A DNA stretch of 64,000 nt from a virus (taxonomy: Duplodnaviria > Heunggongvirae > Uroviricota > Caudoviricetes): positions 10,733 through 74,732 of IMG/VR virus record IMGVR_UViG_3300037067_004979, one strand, 5' to 3'. A program made the position numbers and the translations under genes. The stretch's first letter is position 1, and every line of letters starts with the position of its first letter. The notes beneath the pieces were generated by a model. It saw only the letters and a list, made by a program, of their open reading frames with translations, was not told where the DNA came from and made no database searches. Positions 28,291-35,929 of the stretch are shown one piece after another.

Positions 28291-28544
28291 TATTGATGGT
28301 ACTCCTGTCGACTGTATTTTAGATATCTATGATACTTCTTGATGAATATTATGTGTGACAGTGGTTCAACACCCTCTAGTTTACCATCACATTTCTTTAT
28401 ATTTTTACATAGCATACAACACTTACACATATTTCTGTTGTGTATTTCCCAGACCACACAGCTAACAATACCATTCTCCATTCTATACCTACCATACATA
28501 CACCCCACTGATAGACAGTCTCTTGGATCGATTGGATTATTCAC
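28290..28544 (-). CDS. Cys-rich small protein (CC-M-L-C subfamily)
   Basis: CLSVGCMYG...CKCCMLCKNIKKC. Confidence 0.5.
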   Translation of the reverse strand: MNNPIDPRDCLSVGCMYGRYRMENGIVSCVVWEIHNRNMCKCCMLCKNIKKCDGKLEGVEPLSHIIFIKKYHRYLKYSRQEYHQ

Positions 28545-28557
28545 TGTGATCTACTCA

Positions 28558-28818
28558 TCATGTTAATTTAGATCTACTGTATCTTCTATACTTGAGATAT
28601 TTTTGGGAGAACATTAGACGTGCTAGGGGTTCTACCATTGCTAGGATGTTATGTTCTCTATCACATTCCCCTATATTCCTACATATCAGACAGCACTTGC
28701 ATTGATCTTTTTCACTTGTATTCCATATCTCACAGCTAAAAATACTGTTATTCTTTCTTGTTTTTCCATACTTGCATCCAACTGAGATGCAATCATCTAT
28801 ACTAATTGGGCTCTTCAT
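28558..28818 (-). CDS. Cys-rich small protein, tandem paralog
   Basis: CISVGCKYG...CKCCLICRNIGEC. Confidence 0.5.
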   Translation of the reverse strand: MKSPISIDDCISVGCKYGKTRKNNSIFSCEIWNTSEKDQCKCCLICRNIGECDREHNILAMVEPLARLMFSQKYLKYRRYSRSKLT

Positions 28819-29098
28819 CTCTAACCCCCAGATATTTTTGTCTAAAGACTAGTAGCATCAGTGGATCAACATCACTCATTTTCCCAACAACATTCCTGTG
28901 CCAGTTGCATGTGTCATCACACAGCAAACAGCACCCAGTTATACTGTTCATTCTATTAGAAATAGTGGGGGGATAGACTTTAAATCCATCACCTCTTCTA
29001 CAAACCTTTCCACAGTCATGTAAAGTTTTCATACTTGGTATTAACTCACTGTGTGGGCATCTGAGAGATTCACAGTCCTCTCTTCTTATAAATCTCAT
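28802..29098 (-). CDS. Cys-rich small protein
   Basis: CESLRCPHS...CGKVC...CCLLCDDTC. Confidence 0.45.
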   Translation of the reverse strand: MRFIRREDCESLRCPHSELIPSMKTLHDCGKVCRRGDGFKVYPPTISNRMNSITGCCLLCDDTCNWHRNVVGKMSDVDPLMLLVFRQKYLGVRDEEPN

Positions 29099-29439
29099 CT
29101 CATGTTCTCAAGTATTATTATTTTTTTAAACTCATCAAATGATATATTAACTACTTCTTCCATACTCATCCTTGTTACTCTTATTAATATATGATATATC
29201 ACATTTATCTCATCCCTAAATATCCTAGCTAATTTATCATGACAATGCAAGTGCATTTGATATGGCCATGATGACATAAAATAATCTGATTTACGTATAT
29301 GCACCGGATTATTACAGTAAATACATATTTGATCATATGATAGTGGTTGAACACGAGCGGACATCTTTTGAGATATCAGATATTTCTTTATCTGTATGAA
29401 GTCATTGATATCAATCACTCTAACCCCCCATATTTCCAA
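29095..29439 (-). CDS. hypothetical protein
   Basis: 114 aa; C-term IIILENMR. Confidence 0.4.
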   Translation of the reverse strand: MEIWGVRVIDINDFIQIKKYLISQKMSARVQPLSYDQICIYCNNPVHIRKSDYFMSSWPYQMHLHCHDKLARIFRDEINVIYHILIRVTRMSMEEVVNISFDEFKKIIILENMR

Positions 29440-29671
29440 TCATCAAGACCCTTCTATAATCGGGATCTGTTGGTAGTATTCCTTTATTTCTATAGTCACC
29501 AATTGCTGATATAAAACTAAAGATCTCATTATTGTGCTTATGAAAACACTTTTTGCAGCTGTAGAAGACTCTATCATGATGACAGTCTCTACCACAGATA
29601 AGGCACCTGCGGAGAGGTACAGCCCTGGTAGTATGCTGCTGATATATACCTAGTAATATCTCAAATTTCAT
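29420..29671 (-). CDS. small zinc-ribbon protein (MML tail)
   Basis: CLICGRDCHHDRVFYSCKKCFHKH; C-term RRVLMIGNMGG. Confidence 0.5.
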   Translation of the reverse strand: MKFEILLGIYQQHTTRAVPLRRCLICGRDCHHDRVFYSCKKCFHKHNNEIFSFISAIGDYRNKGILPTDPDYRRVLMIGNMGG

Positions 29672-29882
29672 TACTGCCTCATCCTTAAAAGCATTATCAG
29701 TCTTTTTACAGTATCTTCATTATTTTCTGTTATCTTTAAATTAACCTGAAAACATACTTGTCTTTTATTAACATAAAGACACTCATAACAGCAAACATAA
29801 TCATTGCATAACTACTGTCCACCAAAACAGTCCTCTCTGAATGAACAATTAAGCTTATCACACAATTCATTTCTCATTGTTT

Positions 29883-29957
29883 TGGTACCCCCGGCAGGAG
29901 TTGAACCTGCATTCTCTGTTTAGAAGACAGATGCTCTATCCACTGAGCTACGGAGGC
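29883..29957 (-). tRNA. tRNA-Arg (anticodon UCU), CCA encoded
   Basis: Reverse complement GCCTCCG-TA-GCTC-AGTGGATA-GAGC-A-TCTGT-CTTCTAA-ACAGA-GAAT-GCAGG-TTCAACT-CCTGC-CGGGGGT-A-CCA. Confidence 0.8.
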
Positions 29958-29962
29958 ACACA

Positions 29963-30214
29963 CTATCTTGACTCCAACTTTCCGAGCATTATTACTCTTC
30001 TGTATGTCTCATCATTTGGCAGTATTTGATATGAGTAATATAGATCGATTGCTGAGATAAACTTCCTTGCCTCATTACCATGAATAGCCCAACAGTCATT
30101 ACACATAAATATTGTTTGATCATCCCTACAGTATTTACCACAGACTGGGCAATCTTCTATTATCCCATAATAGTAGCATCTTCTATATATGTGTTGCAGT
30201 ATTGAGATATCCAT
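29963..30214 (-). CDS. small zinc-ribbon protein (MML tail)
   Basis: CPVCGKYCRDDQTIFMCNDCW; C-term RRVIMLGKLESR; close paralog of 29420. Confidence 0.5.
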   Translation of the reverse strand: MDISILQHIYRRCYYYGIIEDCPVCGKYCRDDQTIFMCNDCWAIHGNEARKFISAIDLYYSYQILPNDETYRRVIMLGKLESR

Positions 30215-30221
30215 GTATTTA

Positions 30222-30584
30222 CTAGATCCTCTTTCTGACAGGCCTTGTCTCCCTTACTGTTTTAGAGACCACCTTATTGGTTTCCTTAAATAAACCGGAT
30301 TGATAAAATCTGATTTCCTCACCACAAAATGGGCAGAATTTAATTTTCCTGGTTGAGGATTCATCATCAAAATAGGCATGACCAAGATATATCTCAATGA
30401 TTGGCTTGGGGTCTTCCATGGTGTCATAATAGGCACCAAAAGATACATGATGATCTGAATAGGCTTCCTCTAATTCATCACAGCAAAACTCCCTGGTCTT
30501 ATACTCTTCTAGGTAGGGTAGTTCCCTCTTGGATTTCCCTCCATCCATAACCTCTCTGATAACTCTATTGTATTCAAAAATCAT
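30222..30584 (-). CDS. hypothetical protein with C-terminal zinc ribbon
   Basis: CPFCGEE; RBS GAGGTGA; preceded by conserved promoter motif. Confidence 0.5.
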   Translation of the reverse strand: MIFEYNRVIREVMDGGKSKRELPYLEEYKTREFCCDELEEAYSDHHVSFGAYYDTMEDPKPIIEIYLGHAYFDDESSTRKIKFCPFCGEEIRFYQSGLFKETNKVVSKTVRETRPVRKRI

Positions 30585-30602
30585 ATATCACCTCATGTTA
30601 TT

Positions 30603-30619
30603 ATTATATCAAAAACATC
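30603..30619 (-). promoter_or_regulatory. conserved promoter motif (minus strand) GATGTTTTTGATATAAT
   Basis: Reverse complement of + strand attatatcaaaaacatc; followed by GAGGTGA RBS and ATG of 30584. Confidence 0.5.
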
Positions 30620-30855
30620 TATTCACTTTTTCTCAGTTGGTTGAGCATGGCTAGCTGTATTAGTTCACTCTCAGATAAATTTTGTAGAGTGGTGCACTCT
30701 TCCAGTACATGATAATTATTTTTTATGACAAGCATGAATTTTCTCCAGCAATCATCACAGGCAAATACTCTTGGCATCTTAATACCACAGTATGGGCACT
30801 CAGTGTGATTAATGGGGCTTTTGCTAAGCATTTCACTTATTATTTCCCTGTACAT
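30619..30855 (-). CDS. small zinc-ribbon protein (MML tail)
   Basis: CPYCGIKMPRVFACDDCW; C-term LAMLNQLRKSE. Confidence 0.45.
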   Translation of the reverse strand: MYREIISEMLSKSPINHTECPYCGIKMPRVFACDDCWRKFMLVIKNNYHVLEECTTLQNLSESELIQLAMLNQLRKSE

Positions 30856-30878
30856 CAGCTATCTTAATCCATCTTTAC

Positions 30879-31130
30879 TCATTGTGTAAAGTTACTTATT
30901 ATTGCTTCCTGTATTGTGTAATAGGTTGGATTACCCTTTTCCAATTTTATTTGACTATCATAAGAATCAAGATGATATGTATGAGCTGATTCATACCTTA
31001 CGAAGGCTCTCTCAAGCCAGATTATTCTCCCATCATTTAAGTTGTGTGGGAGAAAACAAAACACCGTATAACCAACTTGTAATCTCATTACCTTTTTGTT
31101 TATATCTTCTTTACATTTACCAATTATCAT
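30879..31130 (-). CDS. hypothetical small protein
   Basis: 83 aa. Confidence 0.4.
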   Translation of the reverse strand: MIIGKCKEDINKKVMRLQVGYTVFCFLPHNLNDGRIIWLERAFVRYESAHTYHLDSYDSQIKLEKGNPTYYTIQEAIISNFTQ

Positions 31131-31402
31131 TTTAATATCCCTATCTTTATAAACATCTTAATTTTCTGTATGAGTGATTGTGATTTACCTTCATATTGAC
31201 TTTTCTTGCACACTATAAAAAACATAAATTTTGTGTCTTTATCAACCTCTCCGGAAAAAAAACAGTAATCTGTGTCATTATCTATGTGACATTTAACACA
31301 ACAGATATACTTTTTACTTTGTCCACATAAGTGAGTTCGACAATGTAACATATTTTTTTGTGGACAAATAATTTGACATTGTTTTTCTGTGGGTACAAAC
31401 AT
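31127..31402 (-). CDS. Cys-rich small protein
   Basis: CQIICPQ...CRTHLCG...CCVKCH. Confidence 0.45.
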   Translation of the reverse strand: MFVPTEKQCQIICPQKNMLHCRTHLCGQSKKYICCVKCHIDNDTDYCFFSGEVDKDTKFMFFIVCKKSQYEGKSQSLIQKIKMFIKIGILK

Positions 31403-31428
31403 ATTATATAACCTCTAGTTAATATGAG

Positions 31429-31515
31429 TGGCGGAGTCGGTGAGATTTGAACTCACGATGCTGTTAGCATGACCGCTTTCAAGACGGCTCCGATAAACCA
31501 CTCCGGCACGACTCC
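31429..31515 (-). tRNA. tRNA-Ser (anticodon UGA), type II, CCA encoded
   Basis: Reverse complement GGAGTCG...GCCGT-CTTGAAA-GCGGT, long variable arm CATGCTAACAGCATC, T-arm GTGAG-TTCAAAT-CTCAC, CGACTCC-G-CCA. Confidence 0.75.
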
Positions 31516-31590
31516 TGGTAGGGAGTGCAAGATTCAAACTTGCGTCTCCGAGATATAAGCTCGGTATCCTAATCACTGAACTAACTCCCC
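31516..31590 (-). tRNA. candidate tRNA-Ile (anticodon UAU), CCA encoded; weak D-stem
   Basis: Reverse complement GGGGAGT..CCGAG-CTTATAT-CTCGG..GCAAG-TTTGAAT-CTTGC-ACTCCCT-A-CCA; anticodon loop has U33 and A37; D-stem has 2 G-U pairs. Confidence 0.55.
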
Positions 31591-31598
31591 CCATCAAG

Positions 31599-32387
31599 CT
31601 AGTCTGTTGGTAATACAATAGGCATGCCCTGTGGTACAACAACAATCTTTGCATCAGGAGCAAGCTTATTAATGTATAGATACTGTAGATACTCCCTTGT
31701 CAATGTTGATTGTAATACCTTGATGGCCTCTGCCTGTCCCTTGGCCTGAGCAACAGCCTGTTCTGCCTCTACTCTTATTTGGAGTAACTTATTTTCGGCC
31801 TTTAAGACATCCTGTGCAGCAGCTACCTTTGATTCAATTGCAGCAGAGAATTCCTTGGAAAAGGCAAAATCAGTAAGACTGACAGTCTCAACAACTATGT
31901 GTCTTAGTGCTAGACGCTCAGTTATAGCCTTTGCAATATCATCCTTAACCTGGGCTCTCTTGGTAATCATCTCCTCTGCAGGATACTTTGCAGTGATTTC
32001 CTTTAGTGTTTCCTGAATCATGTTGTGCCCAACTGTATTCATATAACTAACACCCAGTTGATTGTAGACATCAATGGCATAGTTCTTATCAAGATGATAG
32101 TTTATCTTTATGGTAGTTTTTACTTCCTGAAGGTCCCTGGTACCAGCAGATGATTCTGGTTCCTCATATAGCTGTGTTTGAAGTGATATGAGCTGTAAGC
32201 CCTCAAACAATGGCATCTTAACGGAGTATCCAGCCTCTCTCACACCAACAGCCTTACCACCCTGAAGAACAATATTTAGGTGTCCTGCAGGTGTGGTTAT
32301 GATACCACCAACAAGGGTAACAATGAGTAATATAACTATTACCACTGCCCCAAAAATGATTAAACCGACCTTAGTATCTTCGTCCAT
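31599..32387 (-). CDS. SPFH/band-7 (prohibitin/HflK/C-like) membrane protein
   Basis: N-terminal TM helix; SPFH core ...IVLQGGKAVGVREAGYSVKMPLFEGLQLISLQTQ...; C-terminal coiled coil AEQAVAQAKGQAEAIKVLQ; GC-richer. Confidence 0.7.
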   Translation of the reverse strand: MDEDTKVGLIIFGAVVIVILLIVTLVGGIITTPAGHLNIVLQGGKAVGVREAGYSVKMPLFEGLQLISLQTQLYEEPESSAGTRDLQEVKTTIKINYHLDKNYAIDVYNQLGVSYMNTVGHNMIQETLKEITAKYPAEEMITKRAQVKDDIAKAITERLALRHIVVETVSLTDFAFSKEFSAAIESKVAAAQDVLKAENKLLQIRVEAEQAVAQAKGQAEAIKVLQSTLTREYLQYLYINKLAPDAKIVVVPQGMPIVLPTD

Positions 32388-32557
32388 TTTTCTTTTCTCC
32401 TATTTATTTTATTTGTTGCTAGTTCTGGTTAGAGACTTGTTGTATGTATGAAAATAACACCTCCTGAAATTTTTTACAGTAATTAATCAATTCAGCCACA
32501 TATAAAAAATTTTACAAAACATAAAAAATATGATACAATAAATTCTGTCCTTCCAAC

Positions 32558-32821
32558 CTAATATAATCTATTTAACATTATTGTCTTCTTTATTTTTCTA
32601 TTAGATATACCCTCTCTACATAATCTAATTATCTCATACCTTTCACTCTGAAATTCACTAGATAAATCCAAGTATATACCAACACAATCATTACACAAGA
32701 TAAAAGCTCTTTCTCTTGATACTTTACACAGACAAAAACAGCAAACACTCCTATCAGAAGTTGGTGATGAATAATTAGTCATTGACCTAATCATATTAAT
32801 ATATTTATCTATACTACTCAT
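32558..32821 (-). CDS. small zinc-ribbon protein (MML tail)
   Basis: CCFCLCKVSRERAFILCNDCV; C-term KKTIMLNRLY. Confidence 0.5.
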   Translation of the reverse strand: MSSIDKYINMIRSMTNYSSPTSDRSVCCFCLCKVSRERAFILCNDCVGIYLDLSSEFQSERYEIIRLCREGISNRKIKKTIMLNRLY

Positions 32822-33086
32822 TATTTAGCCTATGCAGCATACATTTCTTTACTATATCATCAATACTATATCTTTCTAGTAGACCCTCAATACTAGTAGT
32901 ACCAGGAAATAACACAATATTAAGATCTCTTAGATATTTATTTCTGCAACTACCGCAGACAGGGTATCTTGTTAATACAAAACTATTATTCTTCTCACAC
33001 AGTATACAAACATCAGGTGGATCTATCTCTCTATTTGTGGCAAAGAAATCTTTTATCTTTTCTAGAACTTCTCTAAAAGACATCAC
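32814..33086 (-). CDS. small zinc-ribbon protein (MML tail)
   Basis: CILCEKNN...CGSCRNKY; C-term VKKCMLHRLNNE. Confidence 0.5.
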   Translation of the reverse strand: MMSFREVLEKIKDFFATNREIDPPDVCILCEKNNSFVLTRYPVCGSCRNKYLRDLNIVLFPGTTSIEGLLERYSIDDIVKKCMLHRLNNE

Positions 33087-33529
33087 TTATCATTCCAAAA
33101 TTTAGATTTTCTGAGATACTGCTGTTGTCTCTTATCATTCCAAGAGTCCATTCTTGATAGATTAGATAGTCTGTCTGCAAATTTCAGCATAATAGCCTTT
33201 TTGGTGTGGAGTCTGGGGAAGTAATATCCATGTTCATCATTGGTGCCATCATGCGTTACCTCATTCACAAGATCTGCTATCACAGGACCAAAATTCTCTG
33301 TTAGTTCCTCAAGAGTGGTGTCTGTATCTTCCAGTGTATCATGTAGATATGCAGCACAAATTATGTCATCATCATCAGTTACCATGGATAGTATACGTAC
33401 CACATTAAGTATGTGAGCAGATAGATAATCTCTATTATCATCATCTACCTGTCCATGATGTTTTACCATGGCAAAGCCATATGCTTTTGATCTTAGGGAT
33501 AAATCTTTTTCTGGAAATCCAACTTTCAT
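33083..33529 (-). CDS. small HD-domain phosphohydrolase (RelA/SpoT-like HD, candidate small alarmone hydrolase)
   Basis: HGQ...H...AAYLHDTLEDTDTT matches SpoT/Mesh1 HD motif (HD..ED); 148 aa. Confidence 0.6.
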   Translation of the reverse strand: MKVGFPEKDLSLRSKAYGFAMVKHHGQVDDDNRDYLSAHILNVVRILSMVTDDDDIICAAYLHDTLEDTDTTLEELTENFGPVIADLVNEVTHDGTNDEHGYYFPRLHTKKAIMLKFADRLSNLSRMDSWNDKRQQQYLRKSKFWNDK

Positions 33530-33536
33530 ATATTAC

Positions 33537-33552
33537 ATTATATCAAAAACAT
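33537..33552 (-). promoter_or_regulatory. conserved promoter motif (minus strand) ATGTTTTTGATATAAT
   Basis: -10 ends 7 nt before ATG 33529: near-leaderless, or true start is downstream. Confidence 0.4.
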
Positions 33553-33665
33553 TAAATTGTCTGTAATATTTTAGAAGTTTGAGTTTCTTTAATATAATAA
33601 AGAGTAGGAGACGGGTCGATTCCGCCTCTATTTTTTATTATTAGGAGGTATCAGAGAAAGAACCT

Positions 33666-34451
33666 ATGGCTGATAATGCTTTATGGGGTGAAATGTTGGA
33701 TGTCCTTAAGGACATTGGAGAGTATTTGAATAAACAAGATGCTCATCAAGAGCAGGCTAAGATAGATAAACCTCCCAAGATAGGTGAAAATCAGGCTAAA
33801 CAACCAATCAAGGGTGGTGAAGCTCCTGGATTTGGTCCTGGTAAGGATGCTCTAGTACAAAAAGAGTATCCTGGTGTAGTTAATGAACCAAGGGTAAATG
33901 ATAGTGAGCCTATAGATGCTAAGGAAGGAACTCTTCTAAAGGAAGATAATCTTGAAGCCTTAGAGGAAGATGGAGAGAATGAGGATTATAGGGATGATGA
34001 ACCATCTGAGTATCAATCTCTGAATAGAGAAGATCGTGGTGATGAGGATGAGGAACTGGAGCTTAAATCTATATTAAAGGACATCAGAAGTGCTCTGAAT
34101 GTTATTAAGAGTTCTAAATCTACTGAATCATCTAAGACCAAGGAAAAATCTACTAAGAGTTCAGAATCTGTTTCAAAGTCTTTGGTGGATGGTGTTGTGA
34201 CTGAGATTAAGAAAGCTCTGCCTTCTATAGTTAGTGCAGAATCTCATAGAATGCTTAGAAAGATGGGATTTTCTCCCTCTAGGCCAGATATTGTAAAGTT
34301 TGGTTTGGATGAAGACATCAAGAAAAGTGAAGATGTAAAGGATGAATCCAAAGAGGTTGAGAAGGTCGTTAATGAGCTCTCCCACAAATCATGGGGAGAA
34401 CTTGGAGCTCTTAGAGAGAGTACTGGTGGATTCAACGCCTTCAGTAGATAA
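33666..34451 (+). CDS. acidic coiled-coil protein, putative scaffolding protein
   Basis: RBS AGGAGGT; very acidic (EEDGENEDYRDDEPSE..); sits immediately upstream of capsid-like gene. Confidence 0.45.
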   Translation: MADNALWGEMLDVLKDIGEYLNKQDAHQEQAKIDKPPKIGENQAKQPIKGGEAPGFGPGKDALVQKEYPGVVNEPRVNDSEPIDAKEGTLLKEDNLEALEEDGENEDYRDDEPSEYQSLNREDRGDEDEELELKSILKDIRSALNVIKSSKSTESSKTKEKSTKSSESVSKSLVDGVVTEIKKALPSIVSAESHRMLRKMGFSPSRPDIVKFGLDEDIKKSEDVKDESKEVEKVVNELSHKSWGELGALRESTGGFNAFSR

Positions 34452-34473
34452 ACATAGGAGGTGAGTTTATAAA

Positions 34474-35847
34474 GTGGCAGATATTTCATTAGGTGAATAT
34501 TTAGCGCAAGCACAGAGATCCATGGGTGGAGGCCAATTCGGAAGAGTTAGTGGTCCTCTTAGTGGATATCTCTTTGGTCCGGATTTTTTTAGGAAACAGA
34601 CCTATCTTCAGGTAGCGGATACATTTACTGCTACATATGGTAAAAAGGTTTGGGATGCCCTAAATAACAAAACTGTAACATTCAATGCAATTAAAAAAGT
34701 TGATTGGGGTCCTACGGTTGGTTGGCGTCTTAGGACAGATCGTGGTAAGACTGGTGCTTCTTCTGAAACCATAACAAAGCGTTCTCGTCCTGTTACAGAG
34801 ACAGGGTCTCTTCCAACTATAGATGTATCAAATTATGTTGGTGTCTATAGCTATCCAAAGAACATAGTGTCTACCTTTGGTGTGAGCTTGAAATCTCAGG
34901 CTGTGTCAGCACTTGAAGGCGGCATTGGGAACCAATTTGCTGTGGAGCAGGAGGGTGCATCTCGTGACCACATCAAAGAAATAAACCAGGAAATAATGGC
35001 TTCTGGTGGATATCTGATGTCTGGTGGAAGTTCTGATTATGGTATAGTTGGTACTGCTACTGCTACCTTTGCTCTGGCTGATCACTTTAAGATCGGTGAT
35101 GGAGTGGCAAAATCTGGTACTGATACATCCAGGACAGTTACATATGTTACCACAGCTGATGGACATGTAAATGCAACATCTCTCAGTGGTGCAGATGGTT
35201 ATACTGTTTATGTAAAATCAAGGGCTGGTCTTACTAGCATTGATGATATCGTAGCAGATGATTCTCAGAAGATTGGCAATGTAACAACCCCCATAGATGT
35301 ATATAATCTTACCACAAGAACAGCTGGTGGGTATGCTGCTGCAGCCTACTGCAGTGATAATGCAGGTTCTGGCAGAGATCTTACTCTAAAGTTAGTTGAT
35401 CAGTGCTTTGAGAATATACGTCAGAATGGTGGTGAACCAAAACTTATCATAACTGGTCTTGATCAGTATGATAACTTTAACCAGCTTTTACAGGCTCAAC
35501 AGAGATTTGTAGATGTGACTGATTACATTGTTGGTGCTGGGGATGAGAGGACCTACCCTGGAACAAGAGCAGGCTTCCAGCTTGCTACCTACAGGGGTGT
35601 TCCCATTCTTCCTGATCCTGATACTCCAAAATCAATGAGTTCAGCAGATGCCTTACTTGGTAGTAATTTATATGTACTGGATACTGATTATCTGGAAACT
35701 GCTGTCATGTATCCTACTCAGTACATTGAAAATAGAGACTACTTTGCGGCAAATGCTCTTGTGATAAGAGGCATGTTTATCACAATGGCAGAAACCAGGG
35801 CTCTTAGGTTTGATGTACATGCAAAGCTGTCTGACTTAAATACATAA
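34474..35847 (+). CDS. putative major capsid protein
   Basis: 457 aa after scaffold-like gene, RBS AGGAGGTGAG, followed by strong terminator; family not provable by eye. Confidence 0.5.
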   Translation: MADISLGEYLAQAQRSMGGGQFGRVSGPLSGYLFGPDFFRKQTYLQVADTFTATYGKKVWDALNNKTVTFNAIKKVDWGPTVGWRLRTDRGKTGASSETITKRSRPVTETGSLPTIDVSNYVGVYSYPKNIVSTFGVSLKSQAVSALEGGIGNQFAVEQEGASRDHIKEINQEIMASGGYLMSGGSSDYGIVGTATATFALADHFKIGDGVAKSGTDTSRTVTYVTTADGHVNATSLSGADGYTVYVKSRAGLTSIDDIVADDSQKIGNVTTPIDVYNLTTRTAGGYAAAAYCSDNAGSGRDLTLKLVDQCFENIRQNGGEPKLIITGLDQYDNFNQLLQAQQRFVDVTDYIVGAGDERTYPGTRAGFQLATYRGVPILPDPDTPKSMSSADALLGSNLYVLDTDYLETAVMYPTQYIENRDYFAANALVIRGMFITMAETRALRFDVHAKLSDLNT

Positions 35848-35884
35848 TCTGATATTTTAGCATAAGCTAAATAAGTTATATAAT

Positions 35885-35918
35885 ATAGAGAGGCTTAATA
35901 ACCTCTCTATATTTTTGT
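35885..35918 (+). terminator. rho-independent terminator
   Basis: ATAGAGAGG-cttaataa-CCTCTCTAT + TTTTTGTT. Confidence 0.65.
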
Positions 35919-35929
35919 TCAAGGAGATT

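Noticed and set aside
31415-31663. Track ORF 31415-31663(-) 82 aa
   Set aside because: Completely overlaps the tRNA-Ser and tRNA-Ile genes; spurious.
33600-33650. Hairpin GGAGACGG...CCGCCTC + T-run as terminator upstream of the scaffold gene
   Set aside because: Stem pairs poorly (several mismatches); not convincing.
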